From positions 1-41,944 of the forward strand of contig JAHINX010000061.1 in assembly GCA_018895765.1 (NCBI GenBank): a stretch of DNA of 41,944 bases. The letters run 5' to 3'. The number at the start of each line of letters is the position of its first letter. The first letter of the stretch is position 1. Both the position numbers and the translations under genes were made by a program. Source of the stretch: Patescibacteria group bacterium. Lineage in GTDB: Bacteria > Patescibacteriota > Patescibacteriia > GCA-002772895. This document shows positions 33,901-41,944 of the stretch, in pieces. The notes below the pieces were generated by a model. It had not been told where the DNA came from. It searched no databases and saw only the letters and a program-made list of their open reading frames with translations.

Positions 33901-34896
33901 ATGTATCATAATCCGGTAATGATTAAGGAGGTTTTGGAAGAAATGAATCCGCAACCTGGAGAAAATTTCATTGATTGCACTTTGGGAAACGCAGGGCATA
34001 CGATAGAAATTTTAGGAAGAACGAAACCCGACGGCAGAATTTTGGGTTTTGAATTAGACATCAAGGCGAGCGGGGAGGCAAAGGAACGGCTCCAAGAATT
34101 ACCGTGCCATTCGAAGCTTTCAAAGAGCGAAGAATGGTCAAATTTTGGAGAGGAGGGCCTTTTGAGCAGAGTTCACCCCGTTAAATCCGACAAGGTCGGT
34201 GCGAAGCAATTTAACAGAGTGGAAATTATTGAAGATAATTTTCGCAATATTAAAAAATATAAAAACAAATTGCCAAAAATAGATGGTATATTGGCTGACT
34301 TAGGTCTCCGAAGCGGACAAATAGAAGAAAGTGGAAAAGGGTTTTCTTTTAATGCGGACGAACCTCTTGATATGCGGTTCGGTTCAGAAGGAACAAGCGC
34401 GGAAGAAATTGTAAATACTTATACAACAGATGAGCTGGCGCATATTTTTCGCGAATACGGTGAAGAAAAAAATTATCAGCACATTGCAAAAGAAATTGTA
34501 AAAGCAAGAAAAAATAAACCAATAAAAACAACAGGCGAATTGGCGGAAATTATTCTGGATTTTTATCGCCAAAAGTTGAAAACTAAAAAAGAAATTCCAT
34601 GGCTCGGAGGAATACATCCGGCAACGCGTATTTTTCAGGCGCTTCGGATTGAGGCTAATGATGAGCTTGGTGCTTTAAAAAAATTATTGGAAGACGGGTC
34701 TGAGATTTTATCTCCCGGAGGAAGAATAGGAATTATTTCTTATCATTCTTTGGAAGATAGAATCGTCAAACGATTCTATAGAACTAGCCCCCAATTGGTC
34801 GTAAAGACCAAAAAACCGATCATTCCAAGCGAGGAGGAGGTAAAAAAAAATCGGCGTGCAAGAAGCGCAAAGTTTCGTGTCGCCATTAAGGAATAA
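33901..34896 (+). CDS. rsmH: 16S rRNA (cytosine1402-N4)-methyltransferase
   Basis: MYHNPVMIKEVLE..., DCTLGNAGH, GILADLGLRSGQ, HPATRIFQALRIEAN, SYHSLEDRIVK. Contains an insert of about 38 aa at 34099-34212. Confidence 0.9.
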   Translation: MYHNPVMIKEVLEEMNPQPGENFIDCTLGNAGHTIEILGRTKPDGRILGFELDIKASGEAKERLQELPCHSKLSKSEEWSNFGEEGLLSRVHPVKSDKVGAKQFNRVEIIEDNFRNIKKYKNKLPKIDGILADLGLRSGQIEESGKGFSFNADEPLDMRFGSEGTSAEEIVNTYTTDELAHIFREYGEEKNYQHIAKEIVKARKNKPIKTTGELAEIILDFYRQKLKTKKEIPWLGGIHPATRIFQALRIEANDELGALKKLLEDGSEILSPGGRIGIISYHSLEDRIVKRFYRTSPQLVVKTKKPIIPSEEEVKKNRRARSAKFRVAIKE

Positions 34897-34941
34897 AATC
34901 TCCTAAACACACCCTTTATAAAATTTTTTTATCCTCGTTTA

Positions 34942-35017
34942 TCCCCGCCCCGGTTTTGTCAGTAAGGTTTTTTTTGAAATCTTTTGGATAAAACCGGGGC
35001 GGGGGAAATCGGTTTTT
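34942..35017 (+). terminator. long GC-rich hairpin with T-run after rsmH (terminator or REP-like)
   Basis: tccccgccccggtttt (34942-34957) pairs with aaaaccggggcggggga (34990-35006), then ...ggtttttt. Confidence 0.5.
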
Positions 35018-35021
35018 TATG

Positions 35022-35152
35022 CCCGGTAGTGAAACTTTGACAGCTTTGCATGGCAAAGCCGGACATTGCCGGAAATATAAAAGCTTTCAAAAACATTTTA
35101 ATTTCAACAAATTAATCTAAAAAATTATAAAAGTCAAAGTTCTACTACCGGG
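35022..35152. repeat. family F intergenic element abutting the ftsL-like start codon
   Basis: cccggtagtgaaactttgac (35022-35041) pairs with gtcaaagttctactaccggg (35133-35152). The AT-rich core contains aaattaatc, as does the copy at 6999-7143. Confidence 0.7.
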
Positions 35153-35153
35153 T

Positions 35154-35507
35154 ATGGTAAAAAGAAAAATAAAAAAACAAAAATTTGAATTTAGGAGACA
35201 AAGAGGCCGGGCAAAAAAAGGAAAATTACCCGTTTTCCGATTTAATATTTTTGCTGTTGCACTTGCGCTTGTTTTTTTAATTGGTAATCTTGTTATTATT
35301 AACAGCATCACGGAAAATGGATACAAAATGAAAAAAATGAAAGAAGATTTAATGGACTTGAAAAATAAAAAACAAGAATTAAGTTTAGAAATCTCCGAAA
35401 GGCAATCAATGGAAAATGTTCTGTCAAAAGTGGAAGATTTGGGTTTGGTAAAAGCCGATAAAATAGAATATATAGAGGGCTCCGCAAGTGCGATGGTGAA
35501 AAGATAA
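35154..35507 (+). CDS. cell division protein FtsL-like
   Basis: Basic N-terminus, one TM helix, then a coiled coil. It sits directly after rsmH, as in dcw clusters. Confidence 0.6.
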   Translation: MVKRKIKKQKFEFRRQRGRAKKGKLPVFRFNIFAVALALVFLIGNLVIINSITENGYKMKKMKEDLMDLKNKKQELSLEISERQSMENVLSKVEDLGLVKADKIEYIEGSASAMVKR

Positions 35508-35544
35508 CACCTAACACCTAACATTTAACACCTAACATTTAACA
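35505..35544. repeat. heptamer tandem repeat (taacacc/taacatt) starting at the ftsL-like stop codon
   Basis: taacacc taacacc taacatt taacacc taacatt taaca. A TAA every 7 nt gives stops in all three frames. Confidence 0.9.
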
Positions 35545-35630
35545 TGCCCCCGCTTTAGCGGGATTTTTTGTTTTTAACGATTTTAGATATCTCTTGCAAA
35601 AAAGCATATTTTAAGATAATATTATATAAT

Positions 35631-37109
35631 ATGCCATACAAAAAATATAAAAAGATTCATTTTATAGGGATTGGCGGAATAGGCGTAAGCGCTGTTGCTA
35701 AGTGGGCGCTTTTGGAAGGCGTGGAGGTGAGCGGTTCCGATGTGGAAAATACAGAAATAACGAGTGAGCTTCAAAAAATGGGAGCCAAAATTTTTATTGG
35801 TCATAAAGAAAAAAACATTGCGCGTGATATTGACTTAATTGTTTATTCTTCGGCCGTGCCAGCCACAAATCCTGAACGCTCGGTTTTGAGACGGATACGC
35901 CACAGCAAGTCCCTTCCTTTGGAAAAGGAAGGACAGGATGGATTTAATAATGATTTAATTCCCCAGAAATCATATTTCGAATTTTTGGGAGAAATAACCC
36001 GTGGGAAAAAATTGATTGCAGTGTCAGGGACTAATGGCAAGAGCACGACAACGGCAATGCTGGGAAAAATTTTGATTGACGCCGGTCTTGACCCACTTGT
36101 TATCGTCGGTTCAAAAATAAATGTTTTTTCGCACGGCAATTTTAATTATGGAAAAGGGGAATACGCAGTCGTGGAGGCATGCGAGCATAACGCGCATATG
36201 TTGAATCTGCATCCATGGTCAATCGTTCTTACAAATATAGAAGCAGATCATTTGGATTTTTATAAAAATTTGGACAATATTCTGGAAGCGTTTAAAAAAT
36301 ATGTCGCCAAGATAGAAAAAGGATGTTTTCTAATATATAACGGCGATGATAAAAATAGCGCCGAGGTGGCAAAAACTCACGCTTGCCGTCTTATTTCCTA
36401 TGGCGTGCATGAAGATGCGGACTTGCGGTTTGAAGAGCGCCATATCGATAAAGGCACACAGATTTTTCAAACAAAAACTGTAGGGCTCCCGAAGCCCTAC
36501 CAGATGGAATTGCAAGTACCTGGGCTTTTTAATGTTTATAATGCGATGGCGGCAATATCTATGGCAAAGGCGCTTGGTATCAAATTTGAGGTAATAAAAA
36601 AATCGCTTGCAAATTTTCGCGGGCTTTGGCGCAGGTTTGAGCACGTTGGAGAATATAATGGCGCGCCAATTATTTCCGATTACGGCCACCATCCGCACGC
36701 GATAGAAGCAACGCTTTTGGCCGCACGCGAATTTTATCCGGATAGAAGAGTTATATTAGCATACGAACCACACCAGCACCATAGGACAAAGGCTCTTTTT
36801 GCCGATTTTGTCCGCAGTTTCGACAAGGCAGATGTTCTTATTTTGGGAGAGATATATAATGTAGAAGGAAGAGTCGAAAAACAAGATTGTGATATATCTT
36901 CGCGCAAACTTGCAGACGCAATTATAAAGTATTGGGAATCGGATGAAAATAAAAAGGAGCGTACAGAGCACGAATTATTTTATTGTGAAAATAATGATGA
37001 AGTTTTGAAAGCGCTGAAAGAGACAATAAACTCCGACGACGTTGTGATAATTATGGGAGCAGGGGGGATTTACAAAGTTGCAAAAAGATTGATTGCCGCG
37101 GATTCCTAG
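35631..37109 (+). CDS. murC: UDP-N-acetylmuramate--L-alanine ligase
   Basis: The start is set at MPYKKYKKIHFIGIGGIGVSAVA. GTNGKSTT and DYGHHPHAIEATL. Carries a family A insert (35907-35953) and a family B insert (36476-36503). Confidence 0.9.
   Translation: MPYKKYKKIHFIGIGGIGVSAVAKWALLEGVEVSGSDVENTEITSELQKMGAKIFIGHKEKNIARDIDLIVYSSAVPATNPERSVLRRIRHSKSLPLEKEGQDGFNNDLIPQKSYFEFLGEITRGKKLIAVSGTNGKSTTTAMLGKILIDAGLDPLVIVGSKINVFSHGNFNYGKGEYAVVEACEHNAHMLNLHPWSIVLTNIEADHLDFYKNLDNILEAFKKYVAKIEKGCFLIYNGDDKNSAEVAKTHACRLISYGVHEDADLRFEERHIDKGTQIFQTKTVGLPKPYQMELQVPGLFNVYNAMAAISMAKALGIKFEVIKKSLANFRGLWRRFEHVGEYNGAPIISDYGHHPHAIEATLLAAREFYPDRRVILAYEPHQHHRTKALFADFVRSFDKADVLILGEIYNVEGRVEKQDCDISSRKLADAIIKYWESDENKKERTEHELFYCENNDEVLKALKETINSDDVVIIMGAGGIYKVAKRLIAADS
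35907..35953 (+). repeat. family A hairpin element (diverged copy) inside murC
   Basis: aagtcccttcctttggaaaaggaaggacaggatggatttaataatgat is translated as KSLPLEKEGQDGFNNDL. Confidence 0.6.
36476..36503 (+). repeat. family B hairpin element in murC
   Basis: aactgtagggctcccgaagccctaccag is translated as TVGLPKPYQ. Confidence 0.85.
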
Positions 37110-37213
37110 CGGATTCTCACGGATGGGATTTACGGATCCGTGTAATCTAATCAGTGGAAATCAGCTATAAATCCGTAAAAATCCTTTTTATTAAACGGAA
37201 GGAACTATAACAT

Positions 37214-38182
37214 ATGATAAATATTTTAGAAAATCAACTCCTATCCAAATACACCACCTTTCATATTGGCGGGGCGGCCAAACATTTTGTAATTGTAAAA
37301 AATACAGAAGAATTGCAAGAGGCCTTGGAATGGGCAAAAGAGAATAATGAGAAATATTTTATCCTTGGTGGAGGGTCTAATGTGCTTTTTTCCGATGATG
37401 GATATGAGGGGCTGGTTATAAAAATTGCTTTTTTCGACATAATAATAGAAGGAGGGGGGATGATTGCCGGAGCAGGCGTTCCCTTGCTCTTAGCCGTCAA
37501 GCGCGCGGGAGATGCAGGGCTCGCGGGCTTGGAAAATTTTGCAGGCATTCCTGGCACAATTGGTGGCGCGGTTACAAATAATGCCGGCGCTTATGGATCA
37601 TCTATAGAAAAAGCCGTAGAAAAAGCCGAAATCGGCTTTGCCGTCCCGAGCGAAGTCGAGGGATCTCACAATTACAATATAAAAATAGTAGATAACGAAT
37701 GGTTTGAATTTGGTTATCGGAAAAGTAAGCTGAAATATTGGCAAGACGCTGACAAGCCGGTTATTCTACGCGTTTGGTTGAAATTGCAAAAAGAAGATAA
37801 AGAAAAATTGCAGGAAAAAATTAAAGAAGTAATGAATGACCGGATAAAGAAAGAGCCAAAGGGCTTTTGCGCCGGATGTGCTTTTAAAAATATAAAAGGA
37901 GAAGAAGTGGCAAAAATTTTGGAGAAGTTTGATTTTACTCCCGAAGAACGCGAACGCTTTGGCTCCCGTAAGGCAATTCCGACAGCCTGGTTTATTGATC
38001 ACGCGGGATTAAAGGGTAAAAAAATCGGCGGAGCCTATATTTCGGAAGAGCATGCTAATTATATAATGAATGATAGCACAGCAACCGCGGATCACGTCCT
38101 TCAGCTTGTTTCACTTGTAAAACAGCAGGTCCGTGATAAATTTGGAGTGCAATTAGAAGAAGAGGTGCAAGTAGTAGAATGA
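37214..38182 (+). CDS. murB: UDP-N-acetylenolpyruvoylglucosamine reductase
   Basis: LSKYTTFHIGGAAKHFV, GGGSNVLF, and YRKS followed by the C-terminal substrate domain. Confidence 0.9.
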   Translation: MINILENQLLSKYTTFHIGGAAKHFVIVKNTEELQEALEWAKENNEKYFILGGGSNVLFSDDGYEGLVIKIAFFDIIIEGGGMIAGAGVPLLLAVKRAGDAGLAGLENFAGIPGTIGGAVTNNAGAYGSSIEKAVEKAEIGFAVPSEVEGSHNYNIKIVDNEWFEFGYRKSKLKYWQDADKPVILRVWLKLQKEDKEKLQEKIKEVMNDRIKKEPKGFCAGCAFKNIKGEEVAKILEKFDFTPEERERFGSRKAIPTAWFIDHAGLKGKKIGGAYISEEHANYIMNDSTATADHVLQLVSLVKQQVRDKFGVQLEEEVQVVE

Positions 38183-38212
38183 CCAAGTCCCAAATCCCAA
38201 TGACCAATGAAG
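38178..38212. repeat. heptamer repeat block identical to the one after ftsE
   Basis: gaatgaccaagtcccaaatcccaatgaccaatgaag. The murB TGA stop is part of the first aatgacc unit. Confidence 0.85.
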
Positions 38213-38259
38213 GCGCTTTGCTGTCGCAAAAATAAATTATTAAAAATTAATTTAAATTT

Positions 38260-38637
38260 ATGAAATTAGAATCAATAAAATATACGGGGATAGAATCAAG
38301 CCCCGCGTTAAATGAATACGTAGAAGAAAAGATTGCGACTCTTAGTAAATATGTAGAAAATTTTGGCACTCCGCGCGATATTCGTGTGGAGCTTGAAAAA
38401 ACTACACACCACCATCAGACAGGCCCATTTTTTCGCGCTGAGGCGAATATTAATATTCCCGGGCATTTTTTCCGCGCAGAGCAGACTGCGGATGATATAT
38501 ATGACGCGATTGATATGTTAAAAAATGATTTGGAACGCCAACTTTCCGATTACTCGGATAAACTCCGCACAAAAAAGCGCGATGGTGGACAAGAGATGAA
38601 AAATATGTTAAATTATGACGAGTCAGTAGGGGAATAA
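38260..38637 (+). CDS. hpf: ribosome hibernation promoting factor (short HPF/RaiA type)
   Basis: 125 aa. S30AE-family pattern: ...SPALNEYVEEKI...RVELEK...FRAEANINIPG..FRAEQTADDIYDAIDMLKNDLERQL. Confidence 0.8.
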   Translation: MKLESIKYTGIESSPALNEYVEEKIATLSKYVENFGTPRDIRVELEKTTHHHQTGPFFRAEANINIPGHFFRAEQTADDIYDAIDMLKNDLERQLSDYSDKLRTKKRDGGQEMKNMLNYDESVGE

Positions 38638-38656
38638 AAAAAGAGCCCGCAGGCTC

Positions 38657-38884
38657 TTAAGTGAGAATTCTGTATTTAACTAAAACTGATATAAATCGCT
38701 GAGGAAGCCCGGTGGCAGCATGCGGTAAAGGCAGTCTTCCATTAGAGGAATTGATTATAACGGTCATGTCAAACTCTGTTTTATAGCTTATTACGTCAAC
38801 TTTTCCTAATTCTTTATGTATTGCGTCAGATACTGCTTTATCATCGCATATTGTATTTTGCAAAATTACGCGGTGCTTTAGCAT
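38657..38884 (-). CDS. hypothetical protein (orphan cassette)
   Basis: 75 aa counted from ATG 38884 (SD AAGGAGGG). Promoter TTGACA(38939-38934)-17-TAATAT(38916-38911). Hairpin aagagcc/ggctctt plus a T-run overlaps the stop codon. Confidence 0.6.
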   Translation of the reverse strand: MLKHRVILQNTICDDKAVSDAIHKELGKVDVISYKTEFDMTVIINSSNGRLPLPHAATGLPQRFISVLVKYRILT

Positions 38885-39015
38885 TACTCCCTCCTTTTCT
38901 TTTGTTCTTGATATTATCAAAAAATTAAATATTTGTCAAGTGTCAATGATTAGCTCCACAGAACGGGATACGGCATTCCCTTACTACTTGCTACACACTA
39001 CTTACTACATTTTTT

Positions 39016-41679
39016 ATGTTCTTCTCCGACCCAAACAAAAAAGCGTTAAAAAGAATGCAGCCATTTGTGGATAAAACCAATGAGCTGGAACCAGCATTTG
39101 AAAAAATGTCTGATTTTGATTTGCAAAATAAAAGCAAAGAACTAAAAACGCAGGCTCAAACAACTGTAGGGCTCCCGAAACCCTATAGTTTAGATGATAT
39201 TTTGCCTGAGGCGTTTGCCTTAGTGCGCGAAGCGGCAAAGAGAACATTGGGACAGCGTCATTTCGACGTTCAGCTCTTGGGCGGAGTCGTTCTTCATAAT
39301 GGAGAAATCGCGGAGATGAAAACCGGTGAAGGAAAAACCTTAACTTCCACTTTGGCGGTATATCTAAATGCTTTGGCAGGAAGGGGAGCGCACGTTGTTA
39401 CTGTAAATGATTATCTTTCCCGCCGTGACGCCATATGGATGGGGCAGATTTTTGGATTTTTAGGTCTTTCGGTTGGTATTATCAACCATATGCAGTCATT
39501 TCTATATGACGCGAGCTGGAAGGCGGAAACGCCGGAAGAATCGGAAGAAGCTGACCGCAAACGCGACCTTTATGCCAGCTTCCGTGTAAATGAGGATTTT
39601 TTGCGCCCATGTTCCCGCAAAGAAGCATATGACGCGGACATTACTTACGGCACAAACAATGAATTTGGTTTTGATTATTTGCGTGACAATATGGCAACTC
39701 GGCTGGAGGATAGAGTTCAGCGCGAATTTTATTATGCGATTGTGGATGAAGTAGATTCTATTTTAATTGATGAGGCGCGTACCCCGCTCATTATCTCGGC
39801 GCCAGCAGAAGAATCTGGCGAAATGTATGCCCGCTTTGCCCGTATTGTAAAAAATTTAAAAGAAGACGAAGATTATAATCTAGATTTAAAAATGCGCGCC
39901 GCAACGCTTACGGATGCAGGCGTGGATAAAATAGAAAAAGCGCTTAATATTCCGAATATTTATGCTGAAGGCGGAATAAAAATGGTCCATCATCTTGAGC
40001 AGGCCTTAAAAGCTGAAACACTTTTTCACCGTGACAAGGAATACGTAATCCGAGACGGAGAAGTTTTTATTGTTGATGAATTTACTGGCCGGTTAATGCC
40101 TGGTAGGAGATATAGCGAAGGGCTTCATCAGGCGATTGAGGCCAAAGAGGGCGTAAAAGTTCAGCGCGAAAACCAGACGCTAGCCAGCGTTACATTTCAA
40201 AATTATTTTAGAATGTATGAAAAGCTCGCCGGTATGACCGGCACGGCCTTGACGGAAGCGGAAGAATTTTCAAAAATTTATTTTCTTGAAACTGTGGCCA
40301 TGCCGACAAATAAGCCATTATCAAGAAAGGATTTTCCGGACAGAATTTATAAAAATAAAAAAGGAAAAATCCGCGCGGTAATAGAAGAGGTGAAAGAACT
40401 TCAGGCAAAAGGACAGCCAGTATTGGTTGGTACGGTATCGGTTGAAGAGAATGAAGAATTTAGCGAAAAATTTGAAAAAGCAGGCATACGCCATGAAATT
40501 TTGAATGCAAAAAATCATGCCCGTGAAGCGGAGATTATTGCTCAGGCAGGCAAAAAGGGCGCGGTGACTCTAGCTACCAATATGGCAGGCAGAGGCGTTG
40601 ATATTGTCTTGGGTGGTGCTCCATATAATGAGAAAGCGGCCGAAGAAATCCGCGTTTTGGGAGGCTTAGCGGTAATTGGCACTGAACGGCACGAATCGCG
40701 CCGGATCGATAATCAGCTCCGCGGACGCGCCGGACGCCAGGGCGATCCGGGCTTTAGTCGTTTTTATGTATCCTTGGAAGATGAACTGATGCGTATTTTT
40801 GCGGCCGAAAAGATAGGATATATAATGGAAAAGCTGGGTCTTCCGGAAGATACGCCGATTGAAAACGGAATGGTTTCAAAGGCTATTGAATCAGCCCAGA
40901 AAAAAGTTGAAGGACATAATTTTGATATCAGAAAGCACTTACTTGAGTATGATGATGTTATAAATCGTCATCGCGAAGCGATTTATTCACGCAGAAGAAG
41001 CATTTTGGAACGGGAGAACATAAAAGAAGATATATTAAAAATAATAGAAGACGAGCTGGAGCAGGTGATTGTTTTTCATACTTCCGATCCGGCACGTAAA
41101 AATTGGAATTTAAAAGAAATATGGCAGGTGGCAAATACAATTTTTTCTTTAGAAAAAGAAGTATTAGCAAAATTTTCAGAGATTTTGGCAGGCGAGGGGA
41201 GCGACAATCTTAGCGTCGTAAAACGCAGAGACGCGATGGTTGAGATTTTGGTTAAAAAAATGCGAGAAGAATACGAAAAAATGGAAAGTAGAATGATTGA
41301 ACAATCTGGAAACCGCGAAATTTTGCGCCAGATTGAAAAAGGCCTTAGTATGCGCGTTCTTGATACTTTATGGATAAGCCATCTTGAAGAAATTGATTAT
41401 TTACGTACAAGTATCGGTTTGCGTGGAATTGCCGGCAAAGATCCTTTGGTGGAATTTAAGCGCGAAGCATATCGCCTTTGGAATGAGCTCCAGTCCGCAA
41501 TTGATAAGCAAATGGCGTACTCTATTTTTAAAATTGAACTTGCGCAGAATATGGCCCCCCAGTCTCCCTTTAAAAATCAAAACGTGAATGCTCCTTTAGA
41601 GCAAAAAGAAAAAGCTGGTCGCAATGATCCTTGTCCCTGTGGAAGCGGTAAAAAATACAAAAAATGCTGTGGCGTGTAA
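39016..41679 (+). CDS. secA: preprotein translocase ATPase SecA
   Basis: 887 aa. LPEAFALVREA, MKTGEGKTL, DEVDSILIDEARTPLIIS, and the C-terminal zinc motif CPCGSGKKYKKCCG. Confidence 0.95.
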   Translation: MFFSDPNKKALKRMQPFVDKTNELEPAFEKMSDFDLQNKSKELKTQAQTTVGLPKPYSLDDILPEAFALVREAAKRTLGQRHFDVQLLGGVVLHNGEIAEMKTGEGKTLTSTLAVYLNALAGRGAHVVTVNDYLSRRDAIWMGQIFGFLGLSVGIINHMQSFLYDASWKAETPEESEEADRKRDLYASFRVNEDFLRPCSRKEAYDADITYGTNNEFGFDYLRDNMATRLEDRVQREFYYAIVDEVDSILIDEARTPLIISAPAEESGEMYARFARIVKNLKEDEDYNLDLKMRAATLTDAGVDKIEKALNIPNIYAEGGIKMVHHLEQALKAETLFHRDKEYVIRDGEVFIVDEFTGRLMPGRRYSEGLHQAIEAKEGVKVQRENQTLASVTFQNYFRMYEKLAGMTGTALTEAEEFSKIYFLETVAMPTNKPLSRKDFPDRIYKNKKGKIRAVIEEVKELQAKGQPVLVGTVSVEENEEFSEKFEKAGIRHEILNAKNHAREAEIIAQAGKKGAVTLATNMAGRGVDIVLGGAPYNEKAAEEIRVLGGLAVIGTERHESRRIDNQLRGRAGRQGDPGFSRFYVSLEDELMRIFAAEKIGYIMEKLGLPEDTPIENGMVSKAIESAQKKVEGHNFDIRKHLLEYDDVINRHREAIYSRRRSILERENIKEDILKIIEDELEQVIVFHTSDPARKNWNLKEIWQVANTIFSLEKEVLAKFSEILAGEGSDNLSVVKRRDAMVEILVKKMREEYEKMESRMIEQSGNREILRQIEKGLSMRVLDTLWISHLEEIDYLRTSIGLRGIAGKDPLVEFKREAYRLWNELQSAIDKQMAYSIFKIELAQNMAPQSPFKNQNVNAPLEQKEKAGRNDPCPCGSGKKYKKCCGV
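39162..39188 (+). repeat. family B hairpin element in secA
   Basis: aactgtagggctcccgaaaccctatag is translated as TVGLPKPYS, just upstream of the conserved LPEAFA segment. Confidence 0.85.
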
Positions 41680-41680
41680 T

Positions 41681-41724
41681 ACAAGGACGTTCCTTGTAAG
41701 ATTGACAAGGAACGTCCTTGTAAG
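41681..41724. repeat. pair of 17-nt hairpins (REP-like doublet) upstream of the RAYT-like gene
   Basis: acaagga-cgt-tccttgt-aag (41681-41700) and acaagga-acg-tccttgt-aag (41705-41724). The stems are the same and the loops are complementary. TTGACA(41702-41707)-17-TATAGG overlaps the second hairpin. Confidence 0.75.
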
Positions 41725-41769
41725 TATAGGATAGTGTATTTTATAAATAAAAGTTGATAAAATTGATAT

Positions 41770-41944
41770 ATGCGAGATGATAGATATAAAAATTTTGCCG
41801 AAGGAGCCGTATATCATATTTATAATCGAGGCAATAATAAACAAAGTATTTTTTTAGATAAAGATGATTATAAATTTTTTATAACTCGATTAAGGCAAAA
41901 TCTTTATCCTGATGAATTATTAAAACGTATAGATCCTTTGCCAT
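41770..41944 (+). CDS. IS200/Y1-family transposase, RAYT-like (5' part only, cut by the window edge)
   Basis: MRDDRYKNFAEGAVYHIYNRGNNKQSIFLDKDDYKFFITRLRQNL... matches the N-terminal pattern of REP-associated tyrosine transposases (H.I.RGNN.Q.IF..D.DY..F). The ORF runs off the end of the window. Confidence 0.7.
   Translation, partial: MRDDRYKNFAEGAVYHIYNRGNNKQSIFLDKDDYKFFITRLRQNLYPDELLKRIDPLP

Overview
AT-rich bacterial chromosome segment, roughly mid-30s %GC by eye. All product calls come from motif recognition and reading the sequence; no database search was run. Gene content and repeat style look like a small-genome Patescibacteria/CPR (Parcubacteria-like) organism. The genetic code is standard: TAA, TAG and TGA all end conserved genes. 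The conserved backbone is entirely on the + strand: P-type ATPase, GT2, murD, murE, FtsB-like, tRNA-Gly, DoxX, tRNA-Thr, ftsE, ftsX, dus, two S41 peptidase paralogs, tdk, a 1170-aa secreted multi-domain nuclease, uvrB, uvrA, uvrC, mraZ, rsmH, ftsL-like, murC, murB, hpf and secA. A partial RAYT/IS200-like transposase gene sits at the right edge. Several things stand out.
1. An intact tRNA-Gln gene is nested inside a second, split tRNA-Gln gene. A third tRNA remnant lies 1.1 kb away and brackets a GC-rich foreign ORF.
2. Several families of small palindromic or MITE-like elements are inserted in frame into essential genes (murD, murC, murB, rsmH, uvrA, uvrC, secA) and into the nuclease.
3. Heptameric tandem repeats rich in stop triplets fill most short spacers between backbone genes.
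4. Small orphan cassettes, mostly on the minus strand, carry consensus TTGACA-17-TAnnnT promoters, strong SD sites and their own terminators, wedged between backbone genes that lack SD sites.
5. A compact accessory cluster holds two zinc-ribbon paralogs, a 4-Cys mini-protein and a Nudix protein fused to the same 4-Cys module.
6. A GC-rich three-ORF unit appears co-transcribed with tRNA-Lys and a degenerate tRNA-like sequence whose anticodon position reads UUA.
No CRISPR array, rRNA gene or integrase was seen.
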